Shown: positions 37,670 to 48,654, counted from the stretch's first letter. The stretch is 64,000 nt of DNA from an uncultured Armatimonadetes bacterium (GCA_963717145.1 OY970325.1:4512001-4576000), one strand, 5' to 3'. Program-made: numbers and translations. The notes: generated by a model from the sequence alone, not told the origin.

Positions 37670-37993
37670 TCAATCTTCTCCGCCTATGCCGCCGATGATA
37701 TCCCCCAACCAGGACCCCTTCTTCTTCTTTCGTTCCCCGCCGTGGCTCTCTCGATCATCGTGCTCGTCATGGTGACCGAGGTCACGGTCGTGGGAGTCGT
37801 GACTGCCCCGACCTCTGTCATCGTATCCGGCGGGTCGGACATCAACCTCGCGATCACGCGATCCAGCGCTCCCCATAAGGGTCTCCAATGTCGCGCGCTC
37901 GAGCCATGCTCCCTTGCATCCGGTGCATATCTCCATGCGGACTCCGCCCTTCTCGATCTCTCTCAGTGTTTCATCACATACGGGGCATCTCAT
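37670..37993 (-). CDS. zf-TFIIB-like zinc-ribbon protein with His/Asp-rich tail
   Basis: MRCPVC...CTGCKGAWLE; ends KKKKGSWLGDI. Confidence 0.75.
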   Translation of the reverse strand: MRCPVCDETLREIEKGGVRMEICTGCKGAWLERATLETLMGSAGSRDREVDVRPAGYDDRGRGSHDSHDRDLGHHDEHDDRESHGGERKKKKGSWLGDIIGGIGGED

Positions 37994-38028
37994 GTTCCAT
38001 TCTCCCTTGTAGAATTCCGGTGGGCCGA

Positions 38029-38697
38029 TCAGAGTCGGCGCCGGTCATTGCGAGAACGCGGCCTCATTCGGCCGACCCGCGTTCTACTCCCGGTTTCGGT
38101 CACGACGAACGTCCCCCGGCCGCGGACAACGTTCGCACCCATGAAGACCCGGGACCTGCGATCCTCCGGCGACGCCAACGGATCATAGGCGCAGAGAGCA
38201 TCCTTCTCGATCGGCGCGGAGTCACTCGCGCTTCCCAGCTCTTCCACCACAAGGCCCACGGCTTCGGTGAGCCGTCCGTCAGCCGGCACGATGTCTCCGG
38301 CTCGTACTCTGACGATATCGCCCGGCACCAATTGTGCGGCCGGCAGATCCAGCAACTGACCGTTTCTGAGTACAGATGCGCGGGTCGCCCCGGTCTCCTC
38401 GCGATCCCTCTCCGCCCGCCGTTTCAGGGTGGCCTCGATAAGCAGACAGATCAGGCCAAGGGCGACCGCGCAAACTAGCAGTCGGTATGCCGCATTAAAG
38501 GCGAATACTACGCACATGGCGGTGCAGAAGAGAGCTGCGCTCTTGGCCTGCAGGTAGCGCAGACTCGAGCGTGTCAACTCGTTCCGCCCATGCTTTCGGA
38601 GGCGCTTCCGAGCTTCGCCTTCGGTCAAACCCAGGCTCGGATGGGTCTCCAGCTGATCCAGCAGATTGCCTATGTCGGACTCTTCCTGGATGCTCAA
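38029..38697 (-). CDS. Stand-alone N-terminal/actuator fragment of a P-type ATPase (degenerate; possible pseudogene)
   Basis: GLTEGEARKRLRKHGRNEL, LVPGDIV...VPADGRL, VTETGSRTRVGR; lacks TGES and the catalytic domain. Confidence 0.65.
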   Translation of the reverse strand: MSIQEESDIGNLLDQLETHPSLGLTEGEARKRLRKHGRNELTRSSLRYLQAKSAALFCTAMCVVFAFNAAYRLLVCAVALGLICLLIEATLKRRAERDREETGATRASVLRNGQLLDLPAAQLVPGDIVRVRAGDIVPADGRLTEAVGLVVEELGSASDSAPIEKDALCAYDPLASPEDRRSRVFMGANVVRGRGTFVVTETGSRTRVGRMRPRSRNDRRRL

Positions 38698-38849
38698 AGG
38701 ATGCTACTCCTTATACCCGTCATGACCGTGGTTATGCCCGTTTGCAGTAGCCGCGCTCGGATGATACAATCACATTATTGCAGTGCAAGGTTGCCACAGG
38801 GTAGCGCCGAGGTTAACTTTGAGGGACGATTTGCAGTTGGGAGACCGTC

Positions 38850-39548
38850 TTGCCCGCGAAGAAGATTCTGTTGGTCGATGATGACAAAGCTCTCGTGGCA
38901 TCGCTGAGCGCCGGACTCAGAGATGAAGGGTATTCCGTCGCGTCCGTTGGGGACGGCAGGGAGGCGCTGGACGCATTGAAGCGGGAGGAGCCGGACCTGG
39001 TGATCCTCGATCTGATGCTGCCGGGAGTAGATGGGATGACCGTCTGCCGCATGATCAGGCGGAGTTCCCCGGTGCCGGTCATCATGCTGACCGCGAAGAA
39101 GGATGACGTGGACAAGATCGTCGGCCTCGAGGTCGGCGCGGATGACTATATCACCAAGCCGTTCAACTTTCGGGAGCTTCTCGCGCGCATCAAGTCCGCC
39201 CTCAGGCGTCCGGAGATGGACGGCTACGAAGACTCGGAGAGTCCCGACATCGCCGCCTTCGATGATCTGACGATCGACTTCTCCCGACGCGAAGTGCGGC
39301 TCGATGGCAGGCTCGTCCCACTCCCTCTCAAGGAGTACGAACTCCTTGCGGTCATGGCGCGCTCCCCCGGCCGCGTGCTCGCGCGCGACGAACTCCTCAC
39401 GCGCATCTGGGGAGACGATTTCTATGGCGATGAGAAGACCCTCGACGTGCACATCCGGCGACTCCGGGCGAAGGTCGAGCACAACGCCGCGTCGCCCCGG
39501 CGCATTCTCACAGTCCGAGGAATCGGCTACAAGCTGTTTGGAGGCTGA
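38850..39548 (+). CDS. OmpR-family response regulator
   Basis: LLVDDD, DLMLPG, KPF, winged-helix LDVHIRRLR, TVRGIGYK. Confidence 0.95.
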   Translation: MPAKKILLVDDDKALVASLSAGLRDEGYSVASVGDGREALDALKREEPDLVILDLMLPGVDGMTVCRMIRRSSPVPVIMLTAKKDDVDKIVGLEVGADDYITKPFNFRELLARIKSALRRPEMDGYEDSESPDIAAFDDLTIDFSRREVRLDGRLVPLPLKEYELLAVMARSPGRVLARDELLTRIWGDDFYGDEKTLDVHIRRLRAKVEHNAASPRRILTVRGIGYKLFGG

Positions 39549-39553
39549 GACCG

Positions 39554-40951
39554 GTGTTTGTCAGCATCAAGTATCGCCTGCTTCTCAGCCATGTTGCGGT
39601 CGCGCTCATCGCCGCCGTCGCAGCCTCCGTATACCTGTTCATCTCGTTCACCAGGCTGCAGGTCCACTACAATGAGCACGCCCTGCTCTCCAGCGCCTAC
39701 GCGTTGGCCGATGCTATCGAGACCGATTTCGGCACATCACACGGCCAGGTCCTGGTGGAGCATGCGATGCGCGAACTCGCAACCGAGGAGAAGGCGCAGT
39801 TCGCGGTGATCGATGCGCGCGGCATCGTCTCAGCATCCACCGATCCATCGATACGGGCGGGCAGCAAGCTCCCACTGATGAGAGGGCTGTTGAGCGGAGG
39901 CCCGCAGGTCTACCATCCCGAAGTGTACTCGCCCGATCAGCAGCGGATCATCGTCGATGTGCCGATCGAACGCGATCACGTCCCGATCGGCATAGTCCGT
40001 TCTTGGATACTCGAGCGAGACTACCAGGCGTCGCTCGACCCGATCAAGCGGATCACCGGGCTCGCGTTGGTCGGCATTGTAGTTCTCTGTATCACTCTGT
40101 CGATGTTGCTCGCCTATGCGCTCACCACCCGGATCAAGAACATGAAGCAACTCTCAAGGCGGATCGCAAGGGGGGACTTCGGGATCCGGATCGACAGGAC
40201 GAGCCGCGACGAACTCGGCGAACTTGCGGCCGACCTGAACACGATGGCCTCGCGCCTCCAGGAACTCGAGAACGCCCGCCGGGAGTTCCTCGGCAACGTC
40301 TCCCACGACCTGAGATCGCCGGTCAGCAACATCCGCATCACCAGTGAAGTCCTGTCCAGGCGAGCGGAGCGACTCGGTGATGATTCAGCCAAGTTGTTCG
40401 GAACGGTCATCTCGGAGACTGAACGGCTCGAACTCATGATCGATGAACTCACGGAGCTTGCCACGATCGCGTCCGGAGCGCTCGTGCTCGACAGGGAGAC
40501 GTTCGACCTCGAAACGCTTATCGACGAGGTGATGACCACGGTTTCCCCTCGCGCCGATCAGAAGGCCCAGGAGGTACGAGTAGAGGTGGAGACGAACCTG
40601 ACAATTGTCGGGGACCGGTCCAGACTGGTCAGGGCGATAGTGAACCTCGCAGACAATGCGATCAAGTTCACGCCTGACTCCGGACGCATCGAGATCAAGG
40701 CGCGGCGCGATTCCGGGTGCGCCGTCATCGAGGTTTCGGACTCCGGGGAAGGCATTCCCCGCGGCGATCTCGCGCATATCTTCGAGCGGTTCTACCGTGT
40801 GGACAAGTCCGGGCGGCGGAACGACGGCTCCGGCATCGGGCTCGCGATAGTCAAGAACGTGATCGAGGCGCATGACGGAACGGTCGAGGTTACCAGCCAT
40901 GAGGGACACGGGAGCACATTCCGCGTCCGTCTGCCGCTGCCACGCCTATGA
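39554..40951 (+). CDS. HAMP-domain sensor histidine kinase
   Basis: H-box SHDLRSP, N-box NLADNAIKF, G boxes DSGEGI/GSGIGL. Confidence 0.95.
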   Translation: MFVSIKYRLLLSHVAVALIAAVAASVYLFISFTRLQVHYNEHALLSSAYALADAIETDFGTSHGQVLVEHAMRELATEEKAQFAVIDARGIVSASTDPSIRAGSKLPLMRGLLSGGPQVYHPEVYSPDQQRIIVDVPIERDHVPIGIVRSWILERDYQASLDPIKRITGLALVGIVVLCITLSMLLAYALTTRIKNMKQLSRRIARGDFGIRIDRTSRDELGELAADLNTMASRLQELENARREFLGNVSHDLRSPVSNIRITSEVLSRRAERLGDDSAKLFGTVISETERLELMIDELTELATIASGALVLDRETFDLETLIDEVMTTVSPRADQKAQEVRVEVETNLTIVGDRSRLVRAIVNLADNAIKFTPDSGRIEIKARRDSGCAVIEVSDSGEGIPRGDLAHIFERFYRVDKSGRRNDGSGIGLAIVKNVIEAHDGTVEVTSHEGHGSTFRVRLPLPRL

Positions 40952-41793
40952 AACCAAACCGCAGAATCACTGATCCGGCGACGAAGACGCTGACATATGC
41001 CGTCCTGCTCGCGGGATCGGTGGGGATGGCCCTGCCGTTCCTGTGGATGTGCTCGACCGCCCTCAAGGCCGCCGACAAGGTGATGGCGTATCCGCCGCAG
41101 TGGATTCCCTCGCCGATGGTGTGGCGCAACTTCGTCGACGGATGGACGAGCCTGCCGTTCACCCTCTACCTCAAGAACACGTGCGTCATCACGGGCACGG
41201 TTATCATCGGCGTGCTGCTGACGGCTTCGATGGCGGGGTACGCTTTCTCGCGCTTGCGATTCCCAGGCCGGGATGCGCTCTTCATCGTCACGCTTGCGAC
41301 CATGATGCTCCCGGCGCAGGTCACGATGATCCCGGTCTACCTGATGTTCCGCGACATCGGCTGGCTGAACACGTTCAAGCCGCTCACGATCGGCGCGTGG
41401 CTCGGCGGCGGGGCGTTCAACATCTTCCTCCTGCGGCAGTTCATGCTCACCATCCCGCTCGAACTGGAGGACGCCGCGCGGATCGACGGATGCGGCTCGT
41501 TCGGGATCTACCGGCGGATCATGCTCCCACTCATCAAGCCGTGCCTGGCGGTGATCGCGATCTTCACGTTCATCGGCACGTGGAACGACTTCATGGGCCC
41601 TCTGATCTACCTTACGACGCCCGACAAGCTGACCCTCGCGCTCGGCCTGCAGTTCTTCCAGGGGCACTACGGGGTGACGCTCCACTACCTGATGGCGGTG
41701 TCGCTCATTGTGATGGCCCCGTGCCTGGTCCTCTTCTTCCTCGCGCAGAAGTACTTCATCTCGGGAATCGCGCTGACGGGGATCAAGGGGTGA
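40948..41793 (+). CDS. Sugar ABC transporter permease (second subunit)
   Basis: EAA motif LEDAARIDGC, WNDFMGPL, ends GIKG. Confidence 0.95.
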   Translation: MKPNRRITDPATKTLTYAVLLAGSVGMALPFLWMCSTALKAADKVMAYPPQWIPSPMVWRNFVDGWTSLPFTLYLKNTCVITGTVIIGVLLTASMAGYAFSRLRFPGRDALFIVTLATMMLPAQVTMIPVYLMFRDIGWLNTFKPLTIGAWLGGGAFNIFLLRQFMLTIPLELEDAARIDGCGSFGIYRRIMLPLIKPCLAVIAIFTFIGTWNDFMGPLIYLTTPDKLTLALGLQFFQGHYGVTLHYLMAVSLIVMAPCLVLFFLAQKYFISGIALTGIKG

Positions 41794-41837
41794 TGGGGAT
41801 GGTTGATGGCTGATGGGGGAATGCGGAATGTAGGAAC

Positions 41838-41870
41838 GGGGCCGCTCTGACTCCAGAGCGGCCCCTCTTG
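41838..41870. terminator. Hairpin between convergent genes
   Basis: GGGGCCGCTCTG-ACTC-CAGAGCGGCCCC followed by TCTT. Confidence 0.6.
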
Positions 41871-41892
41871 GTGGTTCTGCTTATTTGAGTGC

Positions 41893-44696
41893 CTAGAACT
41901 CCACGGTGAACCGTGCGAAGTCCGAGGAACTCGTGAAGCTCGTCGATCGGGTGACGTACTGCCTGAGCCTGATCTGCCTCGCGGACGAGATGAAGTTCGC
42001 AGGCGAGGTGGTGTTCCAGGAGACAGTCACGTCGGACGTGCCGACGGTTCGGGCGTCGATCTGCGTCCAGGTTGAAGTCGAGAAGTTGTACAGATACAAC
42101 GTCTGGTTCAAGCTGGCCGAGAGCTTGCCATCGAACGTGATGGTCAGCTTCGTAATGCTGGCCGGCGCTTCCGCAATGGTCACGGAGCTGTACCAGTCAA
42201 CATAGCGCGTGCTGCCGACCTTCTGGGCAGTGATCACCAGGTAGGACGCGTCATTGGCGGCGAGGTTGGCGTAGAGCCCGAAGTCACCGTCCCTCTCGTC
42301 ATGGTGATCGCCGTCGGAGCGTAGTTCTTCGATGTGACTCCGGGAGTCGTGGCCTGAGCCGGGGCGCTCTGGGCGCTCTCGTTCAAGGCCGCGTCGTATG
42401 CGCTCACCGTGTAGCTGTAGGTGGTGTTCGGCGAGCAGGTCGCGTCGGAGTACGAGTTGGTCGGACTCGTGCCGATCTGCACGCTGTTCCGGAAGACCTT
42501 GTAACCGGTCACGCCGACATTGTCCGTAGATGCGGTCCACGCGAGGTTGACCGTCGTCTGGGATATCGGCGTGGCACTCAGGTTGGTCGGCACGGTCGGC
42601 GCCTGGGTGTCACCGGCCTGGTACACCAGCTTCACCGCGTCGGCCATGATGTTCAGAGCTGACTCGCCGGTGCCATTGTGCACCTTGATGGAGCCGGCGG
42701 TACCGACGAGGAACGGCCTGTTGCTGGAGATGAGGTTCCACACCCCGCCGCTGACCTTCTGATTGACGTATGTTGTCGCGGAGCCGCCGTTATAGTAGAC
42801 AATATAGGGTGCAGCTGCCGAGCGGTTCGATCCCGCCGGATACCAGACGTAGGCGTTGTAGTTGCCGGCGGTGATGATGGTCGGTGTCCACCTGGCCGAC
42901 TTGGTCTCGCTGGCGGCGGTGGTGCAGTAGTAGTAGTTGCTGCCGTACTTGTCAGTAGCGGATGTACCCGTCGTCCAACTGCCGACCAGTGTGCATGCCG
43001 GGTTGTCGATGATGATATCCGCGACCGTGTCATTGGCGGCGGTGAGGAATGTGTTGTCACCGGACGTCTGCAGGTTACCCGCACCGTCTCTGCTCAGCAC
43101 TCGGTAGTGATAGGTCGTGCTCGCGCTCAGGTTGGTGAGCTGAACGGTGTGAGCGGTGACGAGCGCCATGTCCTCTGTGGTGAAAGTACCGTAGGAGGTG
43201 TCCAGTCCGTATTCCACCTGGCTGGTAGCGCCCTCGTTCGTGTCCCAGAGAATCTGGGCGTTGGTCGCCTGGACATTGGCTGTCCGCACGTTCGATATCA
43301 CGGGCGGAGTCGTGTCCGTAAGCAGTGTGATATCGAGGTTTGTGACTTGTCCGGCCGCGATCGTAACAGGCACGTTAGCCGTGATGTAGCCCGGAGCAGT
43401 CACGTTGACCGTGTAGGAGCCGGTATTCAGGTCCACGAAACCGTAGAAGCCGGTCCCTGTGTTCTTTGTGCTCCTGCTCTGGACGGTGGCGGTCGCGGGA
43501 TAGACCGGCACTCCGCCCGCGTTCTTGATGTCACCCTTCAGCATGCCGAGAGTCGGCGCACTGAGCCACGGCAAGTCGGCCGGCGTAGCCTTGGTCGGGA
43601 ACGGGCCGCCTACCAGCGCGGCCTGAAGCCCCGGCTTGTCAGGTATGGACTGATAGCTGTACAGCCCCAGGCCGTGGAACCCATACGCGCGCGCCGATGC
43701 AATCTGCGGCAAGACGTTTCCGCTGGGGCTGAGGGAGGCATCCACCAATGGGTAGACATAGCGCCCATGCTGGTTGCCTACATAAGTGGCGCACCAGCTG
43801 TCGAATGTAGAATTGTTGCTCGTATAGGACATCGTGTGCGCGAAGTCCAGGTAGTGGTTCAACATCCAGTTATCCCAGTTCTGGAGATAACTGCTGTTCC
43901 CTGTGGCCGCCGAGTTCCAGACATCGGCGTTGAGGTTGCACATCGGCTTGACGGCCTTCATCTCCAGGTAGAGCCGCTTGACCAGGTTCGTGATCTGATC
44001 TCTACGCCAGTTCAGCCAGGTGGTGTCGCTGGAGGAGGGGTTCCCGCTTCGCCCGTACTCTGCATTGAACCTGGCGACGGACACGGGGTTGTAGCCCCAG
44101 TTGGTCTGTGGATATCTGATGTAGTCGAGGTTCAGTCCGTCCACATCGTAGTTGTTGACGATCTCCATGAAGACACTGATGAGGTAGTCTTCGACCGCCG
44201 GGACTCCCGGATCGAGGTTGACGATGCCGCCGTAGTCCCAGGCGCCCGTGTCGCTGTACATGAGCCAGTCCTGAGCCGGGTCGGTGTTCCCCGGGCCGTG
44301 TGTCCACCAGATATGCTCCGGTGTCATGTGCCCTGGACCGGTGACCGTCGTCCAGATTCGCCAGGTAACCAGCCATGGTTGGACCTGGATGCCGAGCGGG
44401 TGCGCCTTTGAAATCAGGTCGGCGAGGGAGTCGAACCCGGCGGGCGATGGCGCCACGCCTGTGCCGGGCGGTTCGATCGTAGAATTGTAGTATGCGTCGC
44501 ACCTGAGTCTGAGTTCGGGAATGACGCAGTTGAGATTGCAGGAGTCTGCATAGTTGACATACGCCGTGACGGCCGCGGCACTCTCGAATGCCGATCCCCA
44601 TGCTGTTGCCTCAATGGATCGGAATTCCTGGGCCTGGCAAGCTGCGGACAGAACGAGCAGCATGGCCAGGCATAGCATTACCTTGAACCTTAGCAT
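41893..44696 (-). CDS. Secreted GHL10/DUF187-like glycoside hydrolase with carboxypeptidase-regulatory-like and FnIII modules (apparent frameshift near 42274)
   Basis: LDPGVPAV, YDVDGLNLDYIRYP; DTQAPTVPTNL...STDNVGVTGY FnIII; C-terminus continues in ORF 41893-42540. Confidence 0.8.
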
Positions 44697-44926
44697 TCTG
44701 TGCTCCTTTCGGACTTCTTAGGGTGGAAGCCTCGATCAATGTCCCGTCAAGCACACGACGAACGCCGACGCTCAGCAGGAGCGCTGGCTAGCGTGTATCA
44801 TGATGCTTTCCGGGCCGCAATCATCGCCCAAACTTCAGGGAAACACCCCCTTACCGGTACGGTGGTGGCCGTCCGGTAGAATCCGGCCGCACTTCGATGC
44901 GATTTGGAGCGCAGACTCCTAATCGC

Positions 44927-44955
44927 AATATACCGCCATATCGAGGGGTTGTCAA
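44927..44955 (-). promoter_or_regulatory. Sigma-70 promoter giving a ~225-nt leader
   Basis: TTGACA-17-TATATT on the minus strand. Confidence 0.6.
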
Positions 44956-45000
44956 TGGGAAATGTGGAGTGGGGTGCATTTCCGCAGAGTGGGCTAGCCT

Positions 45001-45109
45001 CTCGTTATGCCACCAGAGTGGCTACTCGAGGAGAACGGTTGGGTGGTATGCCAGTGTTTCCAAACCCCAACCGTCTAGTCTCGAGTAGCCACTCTGGTGG
45101 CATAACGAG
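45001..45109. repeat. Palindromic element with 30-bp perfect arms
   Basis: CTCGTTATGCCACCAGAGTGGCTACTCGAG...CTCGAGTAGCCACTCTGGTGGCATAACGAG. Confidence 0.85.
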
Positions 45110-45212
45110 AGACGGTCGCCACCCACTCAGCTCGAATACACCCTGTGGAGTGGGGAACGGGGAACTGGCGCTGCAGGGGCGGCACAAGGCACGCCCCTGC
45201 AGCGCTCATGGC

Positions 45213-47757
45213 CTAGTACTTCGTGTCGAACACCGTCAGCGAGTAAGCCGGGACCTTGTAGGTGAGTACCATCGATGACGACACCTGAATGGTCGTCTTG
45301 CGCTTCAATGTTACCTTGTCCGCTGTCTCATTGTCCGCGTTCAGGGATGCTGCCGTCATCTCGTAGACAGCCACCAGCCTTTTCCACGTCCTGGGCAGGC
45401 TGATCTTCACGCTCTCGGCCTTCTCCGTCCGGTTGACCAGAATGAGCGACCCTTCCTGAGGACTAGCCCCGCCGAATCCGTAGGCGCATATCCCCCCATA
45501 TGTGCTCGTCGTCTCGAGCACATACTGCTTGCTGTGATCGTGGACCGCCTGGAACGCCCATCCGCTGGGCCTGAGACGCGGCTTGTCCGGTGGGCCAACG
45601 ATCAAGCAGAACGGATCGTAGTACGGGTAGTACGGCTGGTGGTATATCGCCGAATCCCACCCGGACCGGAGAATCTGACAGAGCCCTATCGCGGTCCGCA
45701 GCCCGCCTGCCAGGGTTCGGATCGGATCCGTAGGCGTACCTGTTGCGTTCCACTCCGTCAGGGCGATCCTCTTGTTCGGGAATCGCTGGCGCAGATCATT
45801 GAAGCGGTCGGTAAGGATATCGACTGTCCAGAGCATGGAAGTGGCTGGCGCGTATGTCTGTCCTGGGACCATGGTAGTGGAGATAGTCAGGCCGGGGTAG
45901 CTGTGCCACGCTATGCCATCGAACAGCGCAGGGTTCTGTTCTGTGACTTCCAGGAAATCCTTCGCGAATCCATCATTTCCGGATTCAACATACAACTCAG
46001 CGCCCGCGTCGGCAATGACAGGATAGAACGCCTGCATCGCCTCCAGATAGCCGCTCGGACTTACAGCGATGGACACGTAGGATTCGACAGGCGACTCCCC
46101 GGTGTAGCCACCGGATTGATGCGCGATCCGGATCCAATATAGCGCCTGATTGGAGAGGCTGTTGTCTCCGGAGATGTCAGCGATCGACGCTCGTGTCCAG
46201 TTCTCCAGGGCCGTGTCGTCCCACTCCATGAAGTTCCAGTCACCGGAACTGATCATATTGTGTGCGGACGCAGGGTACTCATTCGTGAACGGGCAATAAG
46301 GGACATCGCCGAATCGGACCCATTGCGCACCGTTCCAGTACTCCCAGCCCAACGCTTTGTCCCCGGAAACCTTTGCGCCGTTTGCCAGGACGTAAGCCAA
46401 TGCGTGGAAACGCCACCTTTCCCCGATATAGAGGTAATCGCCAGGCGCGAAATCGAGGCGGTAGTTGTAAACCGGATAGTAGTTGCCCAGATACTGCCAG
46501 TCGGCTGGGTTCAACTGCTTCAGGTACGTGTTGTTGCCGTTCCCGATCTGCACATACCCATTGGTGGCAGGACGATAGTACCAGCCCTCGGTCGCCGCCT
46601 TGTAGAGGCACACTTCGTTGCCGAGTTCATAGATAGTCCTCAGCCCGGTCTGCCCGCTGGGCCGGGGGTAGAGTTCGTTGAACTGGACGAGGCCTGCTGA
46701 TTCCTCGGGTCGCCAATCCGAACCCTTCTCGCCGAACATGTTGAGGACGCATACCATCAGGGGATCCGTTTGGCCCGCCATCGCAAAGAGCTGCTCGGGC
46801 ATGCTGGCGCCGGGCGGGTCCGCGGGCTCACGCTTGTACATGAGGTTGGGCCAATGGTGGTCCCAGTTGATATATGGCTGAAGGAACGCGCGCCCCGTGG
46901 CAAAGCCTACCTGCTTCACCAATGCGTTGACCTTGGGATAGTCGGTTGTCCACCCCCAGTTGTAGTTGCCCAGTTGACCGCCGAAGCAATCCGGATTCAC
47001 GAGCCGTTGAATGTTCGACTTCACGGTCACCGTGCGCGCCGGCTCCGTTCCGACCTCTGCGAAGGTCGTGCCGATTGCCACATCATCGAGAAGTATACTG
47101 CCAGTGAAGCGCGTTCCATCCCAACCGTATGGCATTCCGATAAGCAGTTCGTCTATCAGCCTGCTGTCGGTGTCGAAGTTGTTGGTGTATATGCAGACTC
47201 CATCAACCCATATCTTGAGGTAGCCCTGAGGGCCTTTGTTGATGCCGAGCACCAATCGCGACCACTTCTCCGGCCACCAGTAAGCCCCGGGATAGTGCTC
47301 GATCGCGGATGCCGTCATGTTCGTGATAAAGGTCATCTGCCGGGTGTCGATCAGTCTGACCTTCGCGTCAATCTGTCCGCCCGACATCAGCCGGACAAGG
47401 TCCATCTGCGACTGCATCCCGGAGACCGAAGTGAACTTCCGAGTGAAGCCGATGTAAAGGGTCCCGCTGCCCTGAAGTGAATGACCGCTTGATATAGGTG
47501 AGTCCGTAGCCTCCCGCAGACTTGGCGCAGAGACAGTTCCCATTGACTCCCGGTGTAAGTGATACCGTGCCGCCGCCGGCTTGCACATAGGACCAACCGG
47601 GATGCTTCGCCATGATGCCGTCGAGTGTAGACGCATCATCGAAGGTCAGGAGTTCGCCTCCTGCAGAGGCTCCGGCGATTGTCAGTAGCACGTATGTGAG
47701 CAGCGACAACTGTTGCCATATGCTGCGAGTTTTCAGTATGCTTCGATTATATTCCAT
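45213..47757 (-). CDS. Secreted clan-A glycoside hydrolase-like protein (GH51/GH44-like) with lectin-like N-domain; apparent frameshift near 47471
   Basis: YELGNE, DGIAWHSY, IALTEWN, C-terminal YKVPAYSLTV; signal peptide in ORF 47368-47775. Confidence 0.7.
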
Positions 47758-47889
47758 TGGTGACCACCTCCACATAGCCGTATACCCAGTATGGCCGAAT
47801 CCCGATCACCCGCGGCGGGATGTTTTTTCACCAACACAAAGCCGGGCATTCACGAAGGTCACTCATTCGCCGGCTCCGCTCACATTGCC

Positions 47890-47918
47890 TTGACAGCAAG
47901 CGCATAAGAGGCTATAAT
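47890..47918 (+). promoter_or_regulatory. Consensus sigma-70 promoter
   Basis: TTGACA-17-TATAAT. Confidence 0.8.
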
Positions 47919-47977
47919 TCCGTGTACATGTCGGTAGCTTAGCAGGCCGACAACGTCATTTTGAGGAGATCCGGCGC

Positions 47978-48325
47978 ATGTTTGCGATCAACTTCTATTC
48001 CGAAGCGTACGCCGATATGCTGAGGTCCGGCCGAAAGACCGCCACGATCCGTCTCGGCGATAAGAGCGATAAGTACCGATCCGGGCAGTTGGTCTGGGTG
48101 ACGGTCGGCAGGCGATATGGCGCCCGGCAGAAGATCTTCACTGCCATCATAGACAGCGTCATCGTGAAATCCGCCTCTGACCTCACTCCGCGTGAGATCG
48201 AGAAGGAGAGCCCCGAACTGCGCCGTGTCGAAGAAGTCATCAACCTTCTCGGCCGCATCTACGACCGTCCTGTGGCGGCCGACGACCCCGTCACGATCGT
48301 ACAGTTCTCCCGCGTCATGGAGTGA
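47978..48325 (+). CDS. ASCH-domain protein
   Basis: SGRKTATIR (GxKxxTxR) motif; GAGGAG RBS. Confidence 0.8.
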   Translation: MFAINFYSEAYADMLRSGRKTATIRLGDKSDKYRSGQLVWVTVGRRYGARQKIFTAIIDSVIVKSASDLTPREIEKESPELRRVEEVINLLGRIYDRPVAADDPVTIVQFSRVME

Positions 48326-48411
48326 TCAGTCACTCGGTTTTCAGTCATCAGTCATCAGCTGTCAGTGGGAAGCTGCACTGATAACTGATGACTGACCACT
48401 GAAGACTGCCC

Positions 48412-48451
48412 AAAAAGAAACCCCGTCGGCGGAGCGTTCCGTCCGACGGGG
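48412..48451 (-). terminator. Rho-independent terminator (minus strand)
   Basis: CCCCGTCGG...CCGACGGGG followed by TTTCTTTTT on the minus strand. Confidence 0.7.
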
Positions 48452-48600
48452 CATCGGGAGGTTCAGGGGATCATCCGTATCCGGTGGCCTGGATCGGCAA
48501 CCCCCTGGATGGGACCATGTCCCTCTCGAAAAGGAGAAGAAGATGTTTGCGATCAGTTCTACTTCTCATACGGCGAACAGTCCTCGGAAGTTCCCGGCGG

Positions 48601-48629
48601 TTGACAAAAGGTCCTTGAGGTGGTATACT
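48601..48629 (+). promoter_or_regulatory. Sigma-70 promoter P1
   Basis: TTGACA-17-TATACT. Confidence 0.75.
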
Positions 48630-48654
48630 GCGAGCGTGCGATAGGCCGAATCTG

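Noticed and set aside
42265-42285. Split of the GHL10-like gene into two genes
   Set aside because: A one-base insertion restores a continuous protein; likely a sequencing error.
47465-47480. Split of the GH51/44-like gene
   Set aside because: One extra G in GGG explains it; likely a sequencing error.
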